64,000 nt of DNA from Octopus vulgaris (taxonomy: Eukaryota): NCBI GenBank assembly GCA_951406725.2, contig OX597815.1, positions 214,954,001-215,018,000 on the forward strand. The letters are read 5' to 3'. A program made the translations under genes and the position numbers. The notes under the pieces are model-generated. The model did no database searches and was not told the origin of the DNA. It saw only the letters and a list, made by a program, of their open reading frames with translations. Positions 25,057 to 38,740 of the stretch are shown here, in pieces (positions within the stretch are counted from its first letter, which is position 1; each line of letters starts with the position of its first letter).

Positions 25057-25368
25057 CCTCAGTGTTGTTTGTTCCTTCTTGAGCCACGCCTGGCTCATAA
25101 GGGCCGGTTTCCCAGTTTCCTTGGCATATAGGTTCCCCACCTGGACAGGATGCCAGTCCATCGCAGGTGAGCTGCAAGATGCAGGAGGAAAGAATGAGAG
25201 AAAGTTGTGGCAAAAGACTCAGCAGAAGTTCGCCATTACCTTCTGCCGGGGCTGCATGGAGCTTAGGTGTTTCATTCATAAGCACACACATCGCCCAGTC
25301 TGAGATTTGAACCCATGATCCCTGGACCGTGAGTCCACTGCTCTAACCACTAGGCCATGTGTCTCCAC
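25057..25368 (-). mobile_element. tRNA-derived SINE (family B-related)
   Basis: Minus-strand head ggagacacatggcctagtggttagagc...gggttcaaatctc; tail gaaactgggaaaccggccc shared with family B. Confidence 0.8.
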
Positions 25369-26212
25369 TGACCCTCAGTGTGGGAACTTCTGACAGATGG
25401 ATGCTTCTTTGTTGCTTCATGTTGATGGTTTGTATTCATCACTGGTACTATACTGTCTCCATCAATAATATACTTAACTATCATAAGTTCATCCACCAAG
25501 TCTCCTAGTAAAAAGTAGGTATCAGAGATAAATAGTGGGCAAATAGTAGAACTAGTAAAACATCAGACAAAATTTTTTCCAGTATTTGATTCCATCTCTT
25601 TACATTTTGAGTTCAAATCCCATCCAGGTCTGCTTTCATCATTCTGCAAACAATAACAATATTGATGCTGAAATAATTCACTCTACCCTACTGGATGGTA
25701 CCCTGGCATGGCCATCATTCAGTGTGAAACCAGTTAAAAAATTATATTGGTTACTGTTGTAAGCAACAGTAGCTTCTTCTTAGTAGTTTGATCTGCTTGA
25801 AATGACAGCCAAATACCCTCCAAATCATATGCTACTGTTTAAAACAAGAAGGATACAGGAGGCAGCCAATTGACAAAATCATTAGAGCATCAGACCACTG
25901 GTTCACAATCATTTTTTACCTATGGACCCCCTTTGATTCCTATTTTACTCAGGATGACCCTCATAGCCATTCAATGTTTAAAAGAAACCCTATTGTATAT
26001 TTATAATTAAATTTTAATAGGAATTGTGTAAAAAAATTTTAATATTTTGTGTATTTCAGAAGTATAACCAATTTATTGTGCATCAATTTTAAGGACAAAG
26101 TATTATATAGACCCCAGTTACATTACAGCAATATTTCAACTCATTTTTATTTCTTCCAATTCGCTGACAGTCAGACTAGGTTTAGTAAGATGTGGTTCTT
26201 TCTCAATATATA

Positions 26213-26382
26213 GGCATAGGAGTGGCTGTGTGGTACGTAGCTTGCTTACCAACCACATGGTTCCAGGTTCAGTCCCACTGCATGGCACCTTGAGCAAGTG
26301 TTCTCTACTATAGCCTCGGGCTGACCAAAACCTTGCGAGTGGATTTGGTAGACGGAAACTGAAAGAAGCCTGTCGTATATAT

Positions 26383-26437
<55 letters not shown>

Positions 26438-26602
26438 TGTATGTATGTGTGTATATGTTTGCGTGTCTGTGTTTGTCACTGCAACATTGCTTAACAACCG
26501 ATGCTGGTGTGTTTTCGTCCCCGTAACTTAGCGGTTCTGCAAAAGAGACCAATAGAATAAGTCCTAGGCATACAAAGAATAAGTCCTGGGGTTGATTTGC
26601 AA
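26213..26602 (+). mobile_element. SINE (family A), 3'-clipped
   Basis: Matches the 10214 and 17336 copies. Confidence 0.9.
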
Positions 26603-26644
26603 GACATTATAAAGAGGGGTACATTATAAAGAGTACATGTCATA

Positions 26645-27050
26645 CTCTCTTTACTCTTTACTCTTTTACTTGTTTCAGTCATTTGACTGCGGCCATGCTG
26701 GAGCACCGCCTTTAATCAAGCAACTCGACCACGGGACTTATTCTTTTTGTAAGCCCAGTACTTATTCTATCGGTCTCTTTTGCCGAACTGCTCAGTAACG
26801 GGGACATAAACACACCAGCATTGGCTGTCAAGTAATGCTAGGGGGACAAACACACACGCGCATATATATATATATATACATATATACGACGGACTTCTTT
26901 TCAGTTTCTGTCTACCAAATCCACTCACAAGGCTTTGGTCGGCCCGAGGCTATAGTAGAAGACACTTGCCCAAGGTGCCACACAGTGGGACTGAACCCGG
27001 AACAGTGCGGTTGGTAAACAAACTACTTACCACACAACCATTCCTGCGTC
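26645..27050 (-). mobile_element. SINE (family A), inverted relative to its neighbour
   Basis: Reverse complement of the full family A sequence. Confidence 0.9.
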
Positions 27051-27909
27051 ATGAATAAATTCTTTTTTTTTTTTTTAACCATGAAATAAGCCTGTGGATT
27101 ATAAGAATGAAATCAGAAACTTATAGAAGAATGTCTGTATCTGTGGAAGTATTTACATTTGTATTTCCTTACACATATAATACCGTGCAGATTTTCCAAT
27201 ACCTATTTTGGAACCAAAGCTAAAACGACAAAGAAAATGACTTCTTTTTAAGAAAACAACTTTTGTACTGCTAAAGCTAAATAACAATTAACTCCTGGAA
27301 TGTTTTTGGCAACTTCTAATTGCATGATCTAAAATTTCTTTCTCTTAAATTTTCTCTCTATTTACCCGTTCTATAGTACTTCCTCTCTTTTATTACAACT
27401 GATAAATATAAATATGGAAGCTGCTTTCCTCTGCTTTCTCAGTTTAAGGAATCGACTTTCTCTCTAATTACAAGCATCTCAGTTTTCCATTCTCCAATTA
27501 ATATAATAACTATGGAAATATTTTGAGCAATATTTCAAGTTTTCATTTAATCCACATGCACTATTATTTCTCAACATTTTTTTCTACTTTATCAGTTAGC
27601 TGTTGTCTGCTGCTCTCGTACCAGTGTGCCATCCATAACACTCTTCCTTCTATAACTGGTCAAATATAAATAGAGTGAAATAGAGTAGAAAGGATAGCAA
27701 TATGGGTTGACTCGAGCATTGTTAAGGAAATTAAATACAGTATGTTTAATTTATCTTTGCAAACAGTATAGAATATGTAAAACATAGGATTACAGTATAA
27801 ATTTATTATCAGCTCTCCTGGTATATACACCTTTGGTGCTACTTCAGTATAATATCCTCCCTCTCACTTCCTCTCTCTCTCCCTCTCTCTCTCTCTCTTG
27901 CTCTCTCTT

Positions 27910-27976
<67 letters not shown>

Positions 27977-28004
27977 GGATATATATATATATGTGTGTGT
28001 GTGT

Positions 28005-28304
28005 GGAGGCACAATGGCCAGTGGACTGGGCAGCGGACTCACAGTTGTAGGATCACGGTTTCGATTCCCAGACCGGGCGTTGTGAGTGCTTATTGAGTGA
28101 AAACACCTAAAGCTCCACGCAGCCCGAGTAGGGAGTGGTGGTGATCCCTGCTGTACTCTTTTGCCACAACTTTCTCTCACTCTTTCTTTTGTTGGCCTGC
28201 TCGCTTAGCCAGCGGAGTGGCATCATTTGAAGGCTAAAACAATGCAAAGTGCATTGTGACCAGTGATGTGTAGCAACATCTGATAACCTGGTCGGTCACA
28301 GTGA
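28005..28304 (+). mobile_element. tRNA-derived SINE (family B-related)
   Basis: ggaggcacaatggccagtgg...ggtttcgattccc head; distinct tail. Confidence 0.78.
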
Positions 28305-28699
28305 TATATATATATATATATTTGTAGGTATATTATATATAGGCATTGGTTATTGCCCATCAAAAAATTACCATTGGTTTCACGTCCATGATTGCTTTTA
28401 ACAATATCTGTGACTCATCCAACCTGCTGACTTGAGGCACATCTGCCTTGATAATAATAACAATAATTCTTTCCATTATAGGCACAAAGCCTGAATTTTG
28501 GGTGGTGGGAACCAGTTAATTACACCGTCCCGAATGTTCAGCTGATACTTAATTTATTAACCCCCAAAAGGATGAAAGATAAAGTCAACCTCAGCAGAAT
28601 TTGAACTAAAGACATAGAGTTAGAAGAAATGCCAAGTATTTTGTCTGGTGTGCCAATGATTCTGCTAGCTCACTGCCTTAGTAATAATAAGAATAATAA

Positions 28700-29220
28700 T
28701 AACTCAAGAAGTTTGGAATAATCTACCTAAAAAGGGGCAAGATACAATCCCTAGCAGAGATAGAATTACCAAATAGAGACTTGATTAAGCAAATTGAAAT
28801 GGAAGGATACAAATACCTTGGTGTTCTAGAGGCCAATGAGATAATGGAAACGGAAATGAAAGAGCAACTGAGGATGGAGTAGTTCCAAAAACTGAGGTTG
28901 ATGCTGTGTTCAAAACTGACTGGCCAGAATAAATTCCAAGCAGTTGATACATGGGTGATATCATCACTTTGGTATGGTTCGGGGATTATAAAATGGCAAA
29001 AGAGAGAAATGAAGAAAATGGATACCAAGACCAGAAAAATGTTGACAGTACACAGAGCTTCCACCCTAAGAGTGACACTGATAGGTTGTACTTGTCTAGA
29101 AGAAAGGGTAGGAAAGGCTTGATCAGTTGCCAGGACTGCATCAAAGCAGAGGAAAACAGCCTAGTGTAGTATATAAAAAAAAGGCTGGCATCATCAAAAC
29201 TGAAAATTGTGTAACTAATT
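28700..29220 (+). mobile_element. R4/Dong-type LINE remnant (post-RT region)
   Basis: Frameshifted translation EGYKYLGVLEANEI...SKLTGQNKFQAVDTW...YGSGIIKW...MDTKTRKMLT...FHPKSDTDRLYLSRRKGRKGL; follows a (TAA)n tract. Confidence 0.82.
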
Positions 29221-30331
29221 GTGTGCAGTTTGTGAAAATTAAAGCTAAGACAAACATTATATTAATTTAAGGCTGGTTCTCACTGCAACCATGCTCTAAG
29301 ACACGCCAGTTTCATTGATCGATAGATACTATATAAGTCATGCAGATTCTATTAAAAGACAAAAAAGCTTCTAGTAAATTTATCTGAATATAAAAGATCT
29401 CAAAAAAAGAGATTATTAAAAATGTGAGAATTGAAAATTGAAGCAATTTCCATTTAATAAGAGCAATAGGATTGGTAAAAAGAGAGAGAGCATTGTGTAA
29501 CAGAAATCTTAGGAACTAGTCATAAAGTCAATGATGCTACATGAAGGCACATGACCTAGTGGTTAGGGTGTCGCACTCATAATCATATGATTATGGTTTC
29601 AATTCACAGACCATGCAGTGAATTGTGTTCTTGAGCAAAACACTTCATTTCTCATTGCTCCTGTCTACACAGCTGGGACATTATCCCTACAATACTACCT
29701 TCCCATTCAGGGCAAGTGTTGTAATATCAGTCACTTACACACTAAGGAATCTAGGTTCTTTCGATGGTCATGTGAATTGTACAGCTTATAACAGACTCTG
29801 ATGAAGGGCAATACAAGAGACTGTGCATATATAACTTATGTGGAGTATTTTCATTAGTACAATGGTGTGGACATGTTTGCATTTACATTAACATTGCATA
29901 TACCCAAGGAATGATGAACTGTATTCATCTATGCTGTGAGAAAAAGAAACTACTCCTTGAATGATAATTATAATTAAGTAGAATTTACATAGATTCTGAG
30001 GAATTTTTCATATGCAAATCTAAAATTAAAGTTGGTTACTTTTAAGTCCTTTCCACTTGGTCCAATCACTCCACTCAAAATATTCATCATCATCATCATC
30101 ATTGCTTTTTGACATCCACTTTTTCATGCTTGCATTGGTCAGATGGAATTTGTGGAAGTAGATTTTCTATGGCTGGATACTCTTCCTGTCACTAGGCTTC
30201 ACCTGTTTCTAAGCAAGGTCATATTTCCCCATTACCAAGCATGTTTTCATGAAAGATTTGAAATGAAGAACACTGCTAACATGTTGAAAACACTTGCTTA
30301 AAACTGTCACATAATGTCCAGGCAAGGAGAC

Positions 30332-30391
<60 letters not shown>

Positions 30392-32331
30392 TGGAAAATT
30401 AAAATACAGGGGTATAAAATATTAGTTTCTATGTATGTTTCATGTTTGCAGTTATCTGGAATTCAGCATTAGATGTTCCAAGTGCATTTGGATACTTAAA
30501 CACAATGGATCATCTGGGGAACACACAAGATATATATATATATATATATGTACAGGTGTGTGCAAACACACACACACACACACACACACAAAATATGCTT
30601 CTGTCAGTTTCCATCTATCAAATCCATTCATAAGGCTTTGGTCTGCCTGGGGCTATAGTAAAAGACACTTGGCCAAAGTGCCACACAGTGGGACTGAACC
30701 CGGAACCATGTGGTAAGAAAGCAAATTTTTTACCATGCAGCCACACCTGCACCTATTCCCTATTTCAAACCCAAATAGGATAATGTCAGTTAATAATAAT
30801 AGCAATGTTTCTGTTTATAAAATAAGAATGAATTTCTAAAACTTCAGTATACTCTTAATATATAGTAATTTCAAGCAAGAGAGAGATGGAAGGCTGTGTT
30901 CATACACCCTAACATGTTAACATCTAACACATTATGAAGCCAATTTCAGTGACATGACAAAATTAATACATGACTCGAGGAATGTCAGGAAATTTCCATC
31001 TTCTCATTGAAGAAGCATCAAAGGATCCAACCCAACATGGTAGTTAGGAACCGTCTTTGAATTTGCTACTAATTTTCCACCATTTCCACTTTTGATTTAC
31101 TACAGAAATAATTAGATGTAAAAATAGATAATTACTATGGACTTTAAAATCATCCCCCACTTAAATGGGTGGGAAAAAAAATTATATAGCTTTACATTTG
31201 GTTATCAAGGAACAGTGTTCAAATGAGACGTGTTCAGTCAATGATTGTCACTTGGCTACATAGAATGAAAGAAACACTTGCTTCTGTCTGTCTGTGTAGC
31301 CAACTTTGCCTGCATATCAGATCAATATGTTCCAACACCATATCATCTCACTCTATCACACCATCAAAGAGATTTAAATGTAGGACATGTTGCACTTTAT
31401 GAAACATAGTCTTCCCTTTTCTATTAAATATAATTGCATATTTCAGACAATAGATTTCATCATTATCATCAATTTATCATTCATTATTGAACAGAGGCTG
31501 TGTGTGGGAGAAGTAGAGAGAGAGAAAGAGTGCATTTGTTTGTGTGTGTGAAATTTTATCAGTATATGTTTTGTAAAGGCTCCAAGGAAAACATTAACCA
31601 GAAAATATCTGATCCAAATAGAATATATATACATACATATATATATTTGTGTGTGTATGCACTTGAGAATGCGTATATGTTGTGTATATAAATAGACAAA
31701 TAACTGTCTGTATAATGACATGTAGGTTTACATAAGTCGCTGCAGCCTTAATTTCACAGTGAGACCCCATGCATGCATGTGTGTGTGTGTAATTACTCAT
31801 AGCCCTTATGATATTGGTATTCTTGTAAAGAGACACACAGATGCACAAATATATACATGTTGAAGGATTTGTAGTTCTAGTGGTGGTTTAAAATGATAAT
31901 GCTATACATCAGTACATTTCTGCATGTACACAGCTTTGCTTGCAAGGTCTACCAAAAGACAACTAAGAACCACTGTTGAAAGCCCAATTCTTTTAATAGT
32001 CAGTGGTGGTCATCATTGGACAAGAATGTACAGTCATCTCACACACACACACACACATGCAGGTTATATGTATACACATACACCATAAAAGTAATCAATA
32101 CTACTTTGTACTGAAAGTGTGCAGTGTTTTATATTATGTTAATCTATGAAGGATAAACAGGAATACTAGATTATCCAGAAGCATGGCTTTGTTCAGCAAG
32201 TCTCTCAGTTGACCCTGTGCATCAGCAGGTTGGAAAGTAATAAGTTATTACTTTTCAACTCAAATGCTTAAAGTGAGGGCCAACTAAACCTACCACTCAC
32301 AAACACACACACACACATACACACATGTATG

Positions 32332-32332
<1 letters not shown>

Positions 32333-32362
<30 letters not shown>

Positions 32363-32382
32363 GTAGAAAGATAGATATAGAG

Positions 32383-32416
<34 letters not shown>

Positions 32417-32455
32417 GTACATAGTTAGACAGACAGACAGACAGATAGATAGATA
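32333..32455. repeat. (GATA)n/(GACA)n microsatellite
   Basis: Directly visible. Confidence 0.95.
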
Positions 32456-32849
32456 GCTATGTGTCTATGTTTTGTCAAGAAAATCAACAAGCCTGTGTAA
32501 ACAAGGGGAAAGGAAAGTGCTCAAGATAAAACTTTATTAGACTTACTAGAAGTTGGAAATTTCACTAATTGTTATGCTGAATTATTTGCTGAATTACAGA
32601 TGAGTGAAGAATGAGAATAGGTATCTCCCCAACTACACGTAAAGTTCTCTCTCTCTCTACACACACACACTCACATGTGTGTATATTCACACTCACAAAT
32701 ATGTACACACACAACTGGTTAAATAAGTTATCGGTCGAAACTTGAAATTCACATCAAAATAAATTTTATGATAAATTTGACTCCCTCCCATCAATGTAAT
32801 TGTCTTTGTTGTTACTCTTTAACTTTGAAATGCTAAACTTCATTTATTG

Positions 32850-33646
32850 TTCATCATCATTATCATCATCATTTAATGTCCATTGTCCATGCTGGCATGA
32901 GTTGGACGGTTTGACTGGGCTGGCATGCTGGAAGGCTGCACCAGAGTCCCATTTGATTTGGCAAGGTTTTCTATGGTTGAATACCCTTCCTAACACCAAC
33001 CACTCTGAGAGTGTAATGGGTGCTTATATGTGCCACTGGCATGGGTGCCATTTGTGTGACACTGGATTGCATTTATGTGACACCAGTATGTGTGCCAATT
33101 TGCATGATGCTGGTATCTGCCACAACTGCGATTTTGCTCTGCTTGTTGGGTCCTCTTCTCAAGCACGACATAATGCCAAAGGTCTTGATCATTACCTTTG
33201 TGAAACCCAACACACAAAAGGAACTCAACTACCTTGCTTCTGTGAGGCCCAGCACTCGACAGGAACTTAACCACTTTGCTTCCATGAGGCCCAACACTCA
33301 AAAGGAGCTCAGCCACTTTGACTCTGTGAGGTCCAACATTCAAAAGATGTTCTTTACATGCCACCAGCATGGGTGAACTTGGCTTGATGAGTCCTCTCAA
33401 GCATAGCTTATCACCAAAGGTCTCAGACATCAATCATTGCCTCTGTGAGGCTAAAAGTTCAAAGATTATGCTTCACCACATCCCATGTCTTCCTGTGTCT
33501 ACAGGTTCCCACCACAGTTAGAGATCAGCACTTCTTTAGACAGCTGTCCTCATCCATATGCATCACATGACCATACCAGCGCAGTCGTCTCTCTTGCACA
33601 CCACATCTGATTCCTCTTATGCCTAACTTTTCTCTCAAGATGCTTG
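32850..33646 (-). mobile_element. Older RTE LINE 3' fragment (ORF end plus 3' UTR with about 39-bp tandem repeat)
   Basis: 33430-33640 aligns with 18545-18760; 3' end matches the RTE tail. Confidence 0.85.
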
Positions 33647-33662
33647 ATCATATATCATATAT

Positions 33663-33709
<47 letters not shown>

Positions 33710-34699
33710 CAAAACTGCTCAGGAAAAATGGAATAGTCTTTGACATTTCAAACCTATGTTCTTATACAGAAAGGAATAAAGAGCAAAAACAGATTGAGAG
33801 ATGAGAGAAAAAAAAACAAGAGAAACAAAAAAAAAGCTATCTTGATTAGCAGTTACACACATTTCCTGCTCAGATAGTGCAGTCATTGGATGGGCTTGTA
33901 TAGCATACTGTGCATGATCCAGCAATCATTCAAGCTCAAATGATATGGCTATTCCATAAAGAAATACAATTTAAAAAATAGGAAAAAAACTACGACAAGA
34001 ATAAAATCTCAATGAAAAGAGCATAACGGTTCTGTTTCTTTAATCCATTAAATGAAGAATATTGTTAATCTAAAAATAAAATTATGCCTAGTGATAGTAG
34101 TTAAATGAGAAAAGACTAAAGTGTGTTAAACTGTGTGTCTAATCTCGGGAGGAGGGTGTCTTCCAGTTCAATAACAGAAACTTGTTGAGAGGCAAACATT
34201 TTGTAAATATTTCTGATCTCAAGCTTAGAAGAATGGTGCAGTTCTTTAACTTAATAAGGATGTGTGTTCTTTCTGCTATACATAACTTGCATTTTGACTC
34301 ATTAATGTATGGCCTAGAACTCTCTATAATGTTCCACTTGATGGTATGTGGTATATAGCTGCCCTTCAGGCTCCAGATTTGGCTTACTACTTCTGTGCTT
34401 TCCTTTTTCTCTACATGATTAAAAGAATATTGGTGGGTGATATATCTCTTAAGATGTAAACACTAAACTTTAAGAATATTTTTCATTTAACAAGTTGAAG
34501 GGACATAACAAGTGTCCTGCTCTTCAACATTTTCTTCTCATTTATTCTCTTTTTTTTTTATTTTTTGTCATTTGAGCCTCAACAGTTGCCAGATTGTGCA
34601 CAGTATCCAATGGAGCTGCAGATGCAAATTAGAAATTAGTCCTAGAGTGCACAATGTTTCTGAAGGTTAGCAATGGTCTTCCTCGGTCACGAGTGGACA

Positions 34700-34751
<52 letters not shown>

Positions 34752-35668
34752 GTGTTAGAATAAGAATAGGCAGAGTAAAGTTCAGAGAGCTTCTACCTTT
34801 GTTGGCAACAAAGGGCCTCTACCTCAGAGTGAAAGGCAGATTTTAGGATGTCTATGCGTGAATAGCCATGTTACACAGCAGAGAAACATGAGTTATGAAT
34901 GCATAGGACATGCAAAGGATTGAAAGAAAGGAATTTAATATACTCAACTGGATGTGCAAAGTCAGTTTGCATGTACAACAGAGTGTAAGTGTCTTAAGAG
35001 AAAAATTGGGCATAAGAGGCATCAGATAGGGTGTGCAAAAGAGGTAACTGTACTGGTATGGTCATGTGATGCATATGGATGAAGACAGTTGCATAAAGAT
35101 GTGCCAATCTCTAACTGTGGAGGGAACCTGCGGAAGAGGTAAACCCAGGAAGACATGGGATGAGGTGGTGAAGCATGATCTATGAATGTTGGGTCTCATG
35201 CAAGTGATGACAAGTGACCAAGGCTTTTGGTGATATACCGTGCTTGAGAAAACTCATCAAGCCAAGTGAAATTGTAGTTGTGGCCAATGTCAGTGTCACT
35301 CTTGGATTTTGAGTCTCACAGAGGCATTGAAAAGTGATTGTGACCTTTGGTAATTTGCTCTACTGGAGAAAGTATGTCAAACCAAGTGAAACCATAGTTG
35401 TGGCCGGTGCCAGTGACACATAAAAAACACCCAAGCCAGTGACGTGTAACAGAACCCATGCTGGTGACATGTAAATGCACCCATGCCAGTAACATGTAAA
35501 AGGTACCCACTACACTCTCAGAGTGGTTGGCATTAGGAAGGTCATCTAGCCATAGAAAGCAAGCCAAAATCAGACCGGAACCTGGTGCAATTCTCTGACT
35601 TATGAGTTCCAGTCAAACCATCTAACCCATGCCAGCATGGAAAGTGGGCACTAAATCATGATGATGAT
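34752..35668 (+). mobile_element. Older RTE LINE 3' fragment, with stops
   Basis: Degraded RIRIGRVKFRELLPLLATKGLYLRVKGR...GRGKPRKTWDEVVKHDL plus 3' UTR and (GAT)n. Confidence 0.88.
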
Positions 35669-35670
35669 AT

Positions 35671-35706
<36 letters not shown>

Positions 35707-36145
35707 GTGTTAATTTATTCTTACATGGCCTTACCACAATTACTTTAGTCTAGTGTATCTCTGTTTAGTCTACCATACTTTTGGGATTTATTCTGTCATA
35801 CTATCAAAGCTAATATGATGAAATCTGAAGTCACACTTGCTCTGTATACAATATACATATATATACACATTTACATACATACATATATAAATATATACAT
35901 GACTGTGAGCACCTGTGTTTGTATATGAGTATGTGCAGGGAAATATGTGTGCATTTACATAATACATTATGTATGTATAAAATGTAGTTGTATGTATATG
36001 TATATGAATATATGCTGGAACTGTGTATCTGCATATGTCTGTATACCAGTATATGTGTGTATACACATGTACAAACATTTTAACAAACCGACAACAGTAA
36101 AATTTCGTCACTTACAGTTTCATATCCAAAAATAGTGAATATGTA

Positions 36146-36660
36146 TGTGCCGGTGACACGTAAAAGCACCATCCGTTCGTGGCCGTTTGCCAGCTCTGTC
36201 TGGCCCCCATGTCGGTGGTCGTGACATGTAAAAGCACCATCCGTTCGTGCCCGTTGCCAGCCTCTGTTCTGGCCTTTGCCCCCGTGCCGGTGACATGTAA
36301 AAGCACCATCCGTCCTTTCGTGGCCGTTTGCCAGCTCTGTCTGGCCCCCGTGTTGGTGGCACGTAAAAGCACCATCCGTTCATGTCCGTTGCCAGCCTCG
36401 CCTGGCCCCATGCCGGTGACACGTAAAAGCACCATCCATTCGTGGCCGTTTGCCAGCTCTGTCTGGCACCTGTGCAGGTGGCACGTAAAAAGCACCCACT
36501 ACACTCACGGAGTGGTTGGTGTTAGGAAGGGCATCCAGCCGTAGAAACACTGCCAGATCTGACTGGGCCTGATGAAGCCTTCCAGCTTCACAGACCCCAG
36601 TTGAACCGTCCAACCCATGCTAGCATGGAGAACGGACGCTAAATGATGATGATGATGATG
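36146..36660 (+). mobile_element. RTE 3' UTR fragment with expanded internal tandem repeat
   Basis: About 6 units of gccggtgacacgtaaaagcaccatccgttcgtggccgtttgccagc..., then the standard RTE end and (GAT)n. Confidence 0.88.
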
Positions 36661-36667
36661 ATATATA

Positions 36668-37228
36668 TATAAGAAAAATAAAAAAAAGGTAGAAAATGCT
36701 AAAATAATTTTATCATGAAGAACATTTTAGTACCAGTTTCAGTCTTTGCGACTTTTTCAACTTGGAGTAAAACATGAAAAACAATTAAATTGTGGAAAAA
36801 TTAAATGAAACACTTTAAAAAAAATATTTCCATAGTTTTCAAATGTAAGGGACATTTTCCTTTTTTCCTGTCTGTCTCTGTCTCTCTTTTTAACTCTTGT
36901 GGGTTCTCGGTAGTTAGTAAGCAAACTGCTGCTTAAACAATCAAAAGACAAGAATTCATATCAAACTAGTTGCTGCTAACTACCGAGAACCCACAAGAGT
37001 TAAAAAGAGAGACAGAGACAGACAGGAAAAAGGAAAATGTCCCTTGCATTTGAAAACTATGGAAATATCTTTTTAAAAAGCGTTTTTCATGCTTTACTCT
37101 AAGTTGAAAAAGTCGCAAAGACTGAAACTGGTACTAAAATGTTCTTCATGATAAAATTATTTTAACATTTTCTACCTTTTTTATATTTTCCTTATACATA
37201 TCAACTCGTGTGTTCCTTTTCAACCTTC

Positions 37229-37229
<1 letters not shown>
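36668..37229 (+). mobile_element. Fold-back element, about 220-250-bp arms, variant hammerhead-like motif, 33-nt tail
   Basis: Arms 36668-36918 and 36975-37196; both carry AG-UUGAAAA-AGUC-gcaaa-GACU-GAAA-CUGG-UA-CU; (TA)n flanks. Confidence 0.8.
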
Positions 37230-37260
<31 letters not shown>

Positions 37261-37405
37261 TTTATGTATGTGTATGTGTGTATGCATACACGTACTTATG
37301 TGTATGTATAGAGGCTGCTTTGTTGCTGTTTATGTATGAATATGTGTGTAAATGCAGTAATAACTATTTGTTATATCTAGAATATATGTCATTCTCTGCC
37401 TCTGC

Positions 37406-37464
<59 letters not shown>

Positions 37465-37517
37465 TGCACATGTGTGTTAATAACTCCAGCATTCAGTTTG
37501 TGCTTTTATTTGTTTAG

Positions 37518-37574
37518 TAGCCATACAGAGATTACAAACCTTATTACAATACATAGAAAATTTCTTACTAACAG
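37518..37574 (+). CDS. Candidate 57-nt symmetric (phase 1/1) exon, unidentified
   Basis: Pyrimidine-rich acceptor ...ttttatttgtttag, open frame AIQRLQTLLQYIENFLLT, donor CAG|gtaaac; no homology recognised. Confidence 0.25.
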
Positions 37575-38162
37575 GTAAACAAGTTTGTTGTTCTTTTTAA
37601 CTATGAGTTTCTTATATATTTAAAAGTAATAAAAAAATCTTCAAATTCTTATCATAAAAGCTTTTATTTTATTTATGTCAGTAAAAGAGGACAGGAGCCT
37701 GATAGAGTTATAGTAGATTTTCTTTCTCTTTAGTTATTATTTAAATAACAACTGTAGATGCTGTCATATTTACACGTATCCATCATAGTAATATGTTTTA
37801 TTGATGAGAAGTTATATGACCCAAAAATTCAACCAACTGTAAACTGTATTAGTTATTACTTATGTCCATTTATATTCTCCACCCCAAAAAATTTGTCCTG
37901 GCTCAAGCTTTGATTTTCATTTTTTTTCGTAATTGATAAACTAGATACCTCCATTATGTGCTTGGAGAGTTAATCAGCAAATTAACCCTTAACACAAGAA
38001 GCCATCATCATCAATGTTGCAATCAGATATTTAGTGTCAAATACGTTTTTGTTAGTATCTGTTGTATTAAGAAATATTTGTTATATAACACACAAAGTAA
38101 TTTTGGGAATGCATCTAAAGTATTAAATTCTCTTACATAATCACTCATATATCATCACTTAC

Positions 38163-38195
<33 letters not shown>

Positions 38196-38239
38196 TGTAT
38201 GTATGTATGTATGAGGTGTGTGTGTATATGTGTGCCTGA

Positions 38240-38740
38240 AAAACACTCTCAGCTGCTCAGAAGGCTCACTAGAAGTAACTAATTGTTTTCGTTACCTGGG
38301 TGACCTAACCAGTAGTTCTGTAAGTGTAGGTGCCTGGGTAAGAGAGGAAAAAGTCAGGGAGCTACTCCCTCTGCTGCAATTAAAGACCCAGTCACCTGGG
38401 CCCTGAATTCAAACTATCTGCAAAGGCTAGAAATTAACAAGGCCACAAGGTTACTCTGTTTTACCTGAGGTGTATTATCAGTGTGCATGGATGATGCAGT
38501 GTGAATGACCTGAGAAAGGAGCATTGCATAAGAGGAATCAGATGTAGTTTGCAAGAGAAAATACTGTGTTGTAATGCATAGAACTATACTGAGTGTTCCT
38601 GTAGAAGACCTTGAGAGACATGGGAACAAGTGGTGAAAATTGATCTCAAGATGCTGAATCTTACAAGGGAGATCACAAGTGACCATAACAACTGGTGGCA
38701 TGCTGTCCTAAAGAAAACACACTCTCTCAAGCAAGCATGC
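38240..38740 (+). mobile_element. Highly degenerate RTE ORF remnant
   Basis: SLEVTNCFRYLGD...EKVRELLPLL resembles KLEVVDSFRYLGD...AKFRELLPLL of the 18485 ORF. Confidence 0.7.

Noticed and set aside
29798-29804. CTGATGA as a hammerhead core
   Set aside because: No GAAA or pairing partner follows
36146-36490. CRISPR-like or repeat-protein ORFs
   Set aside because: Tandem repeat inside an RTE 3' UTR; ORFs in several frames are by-products
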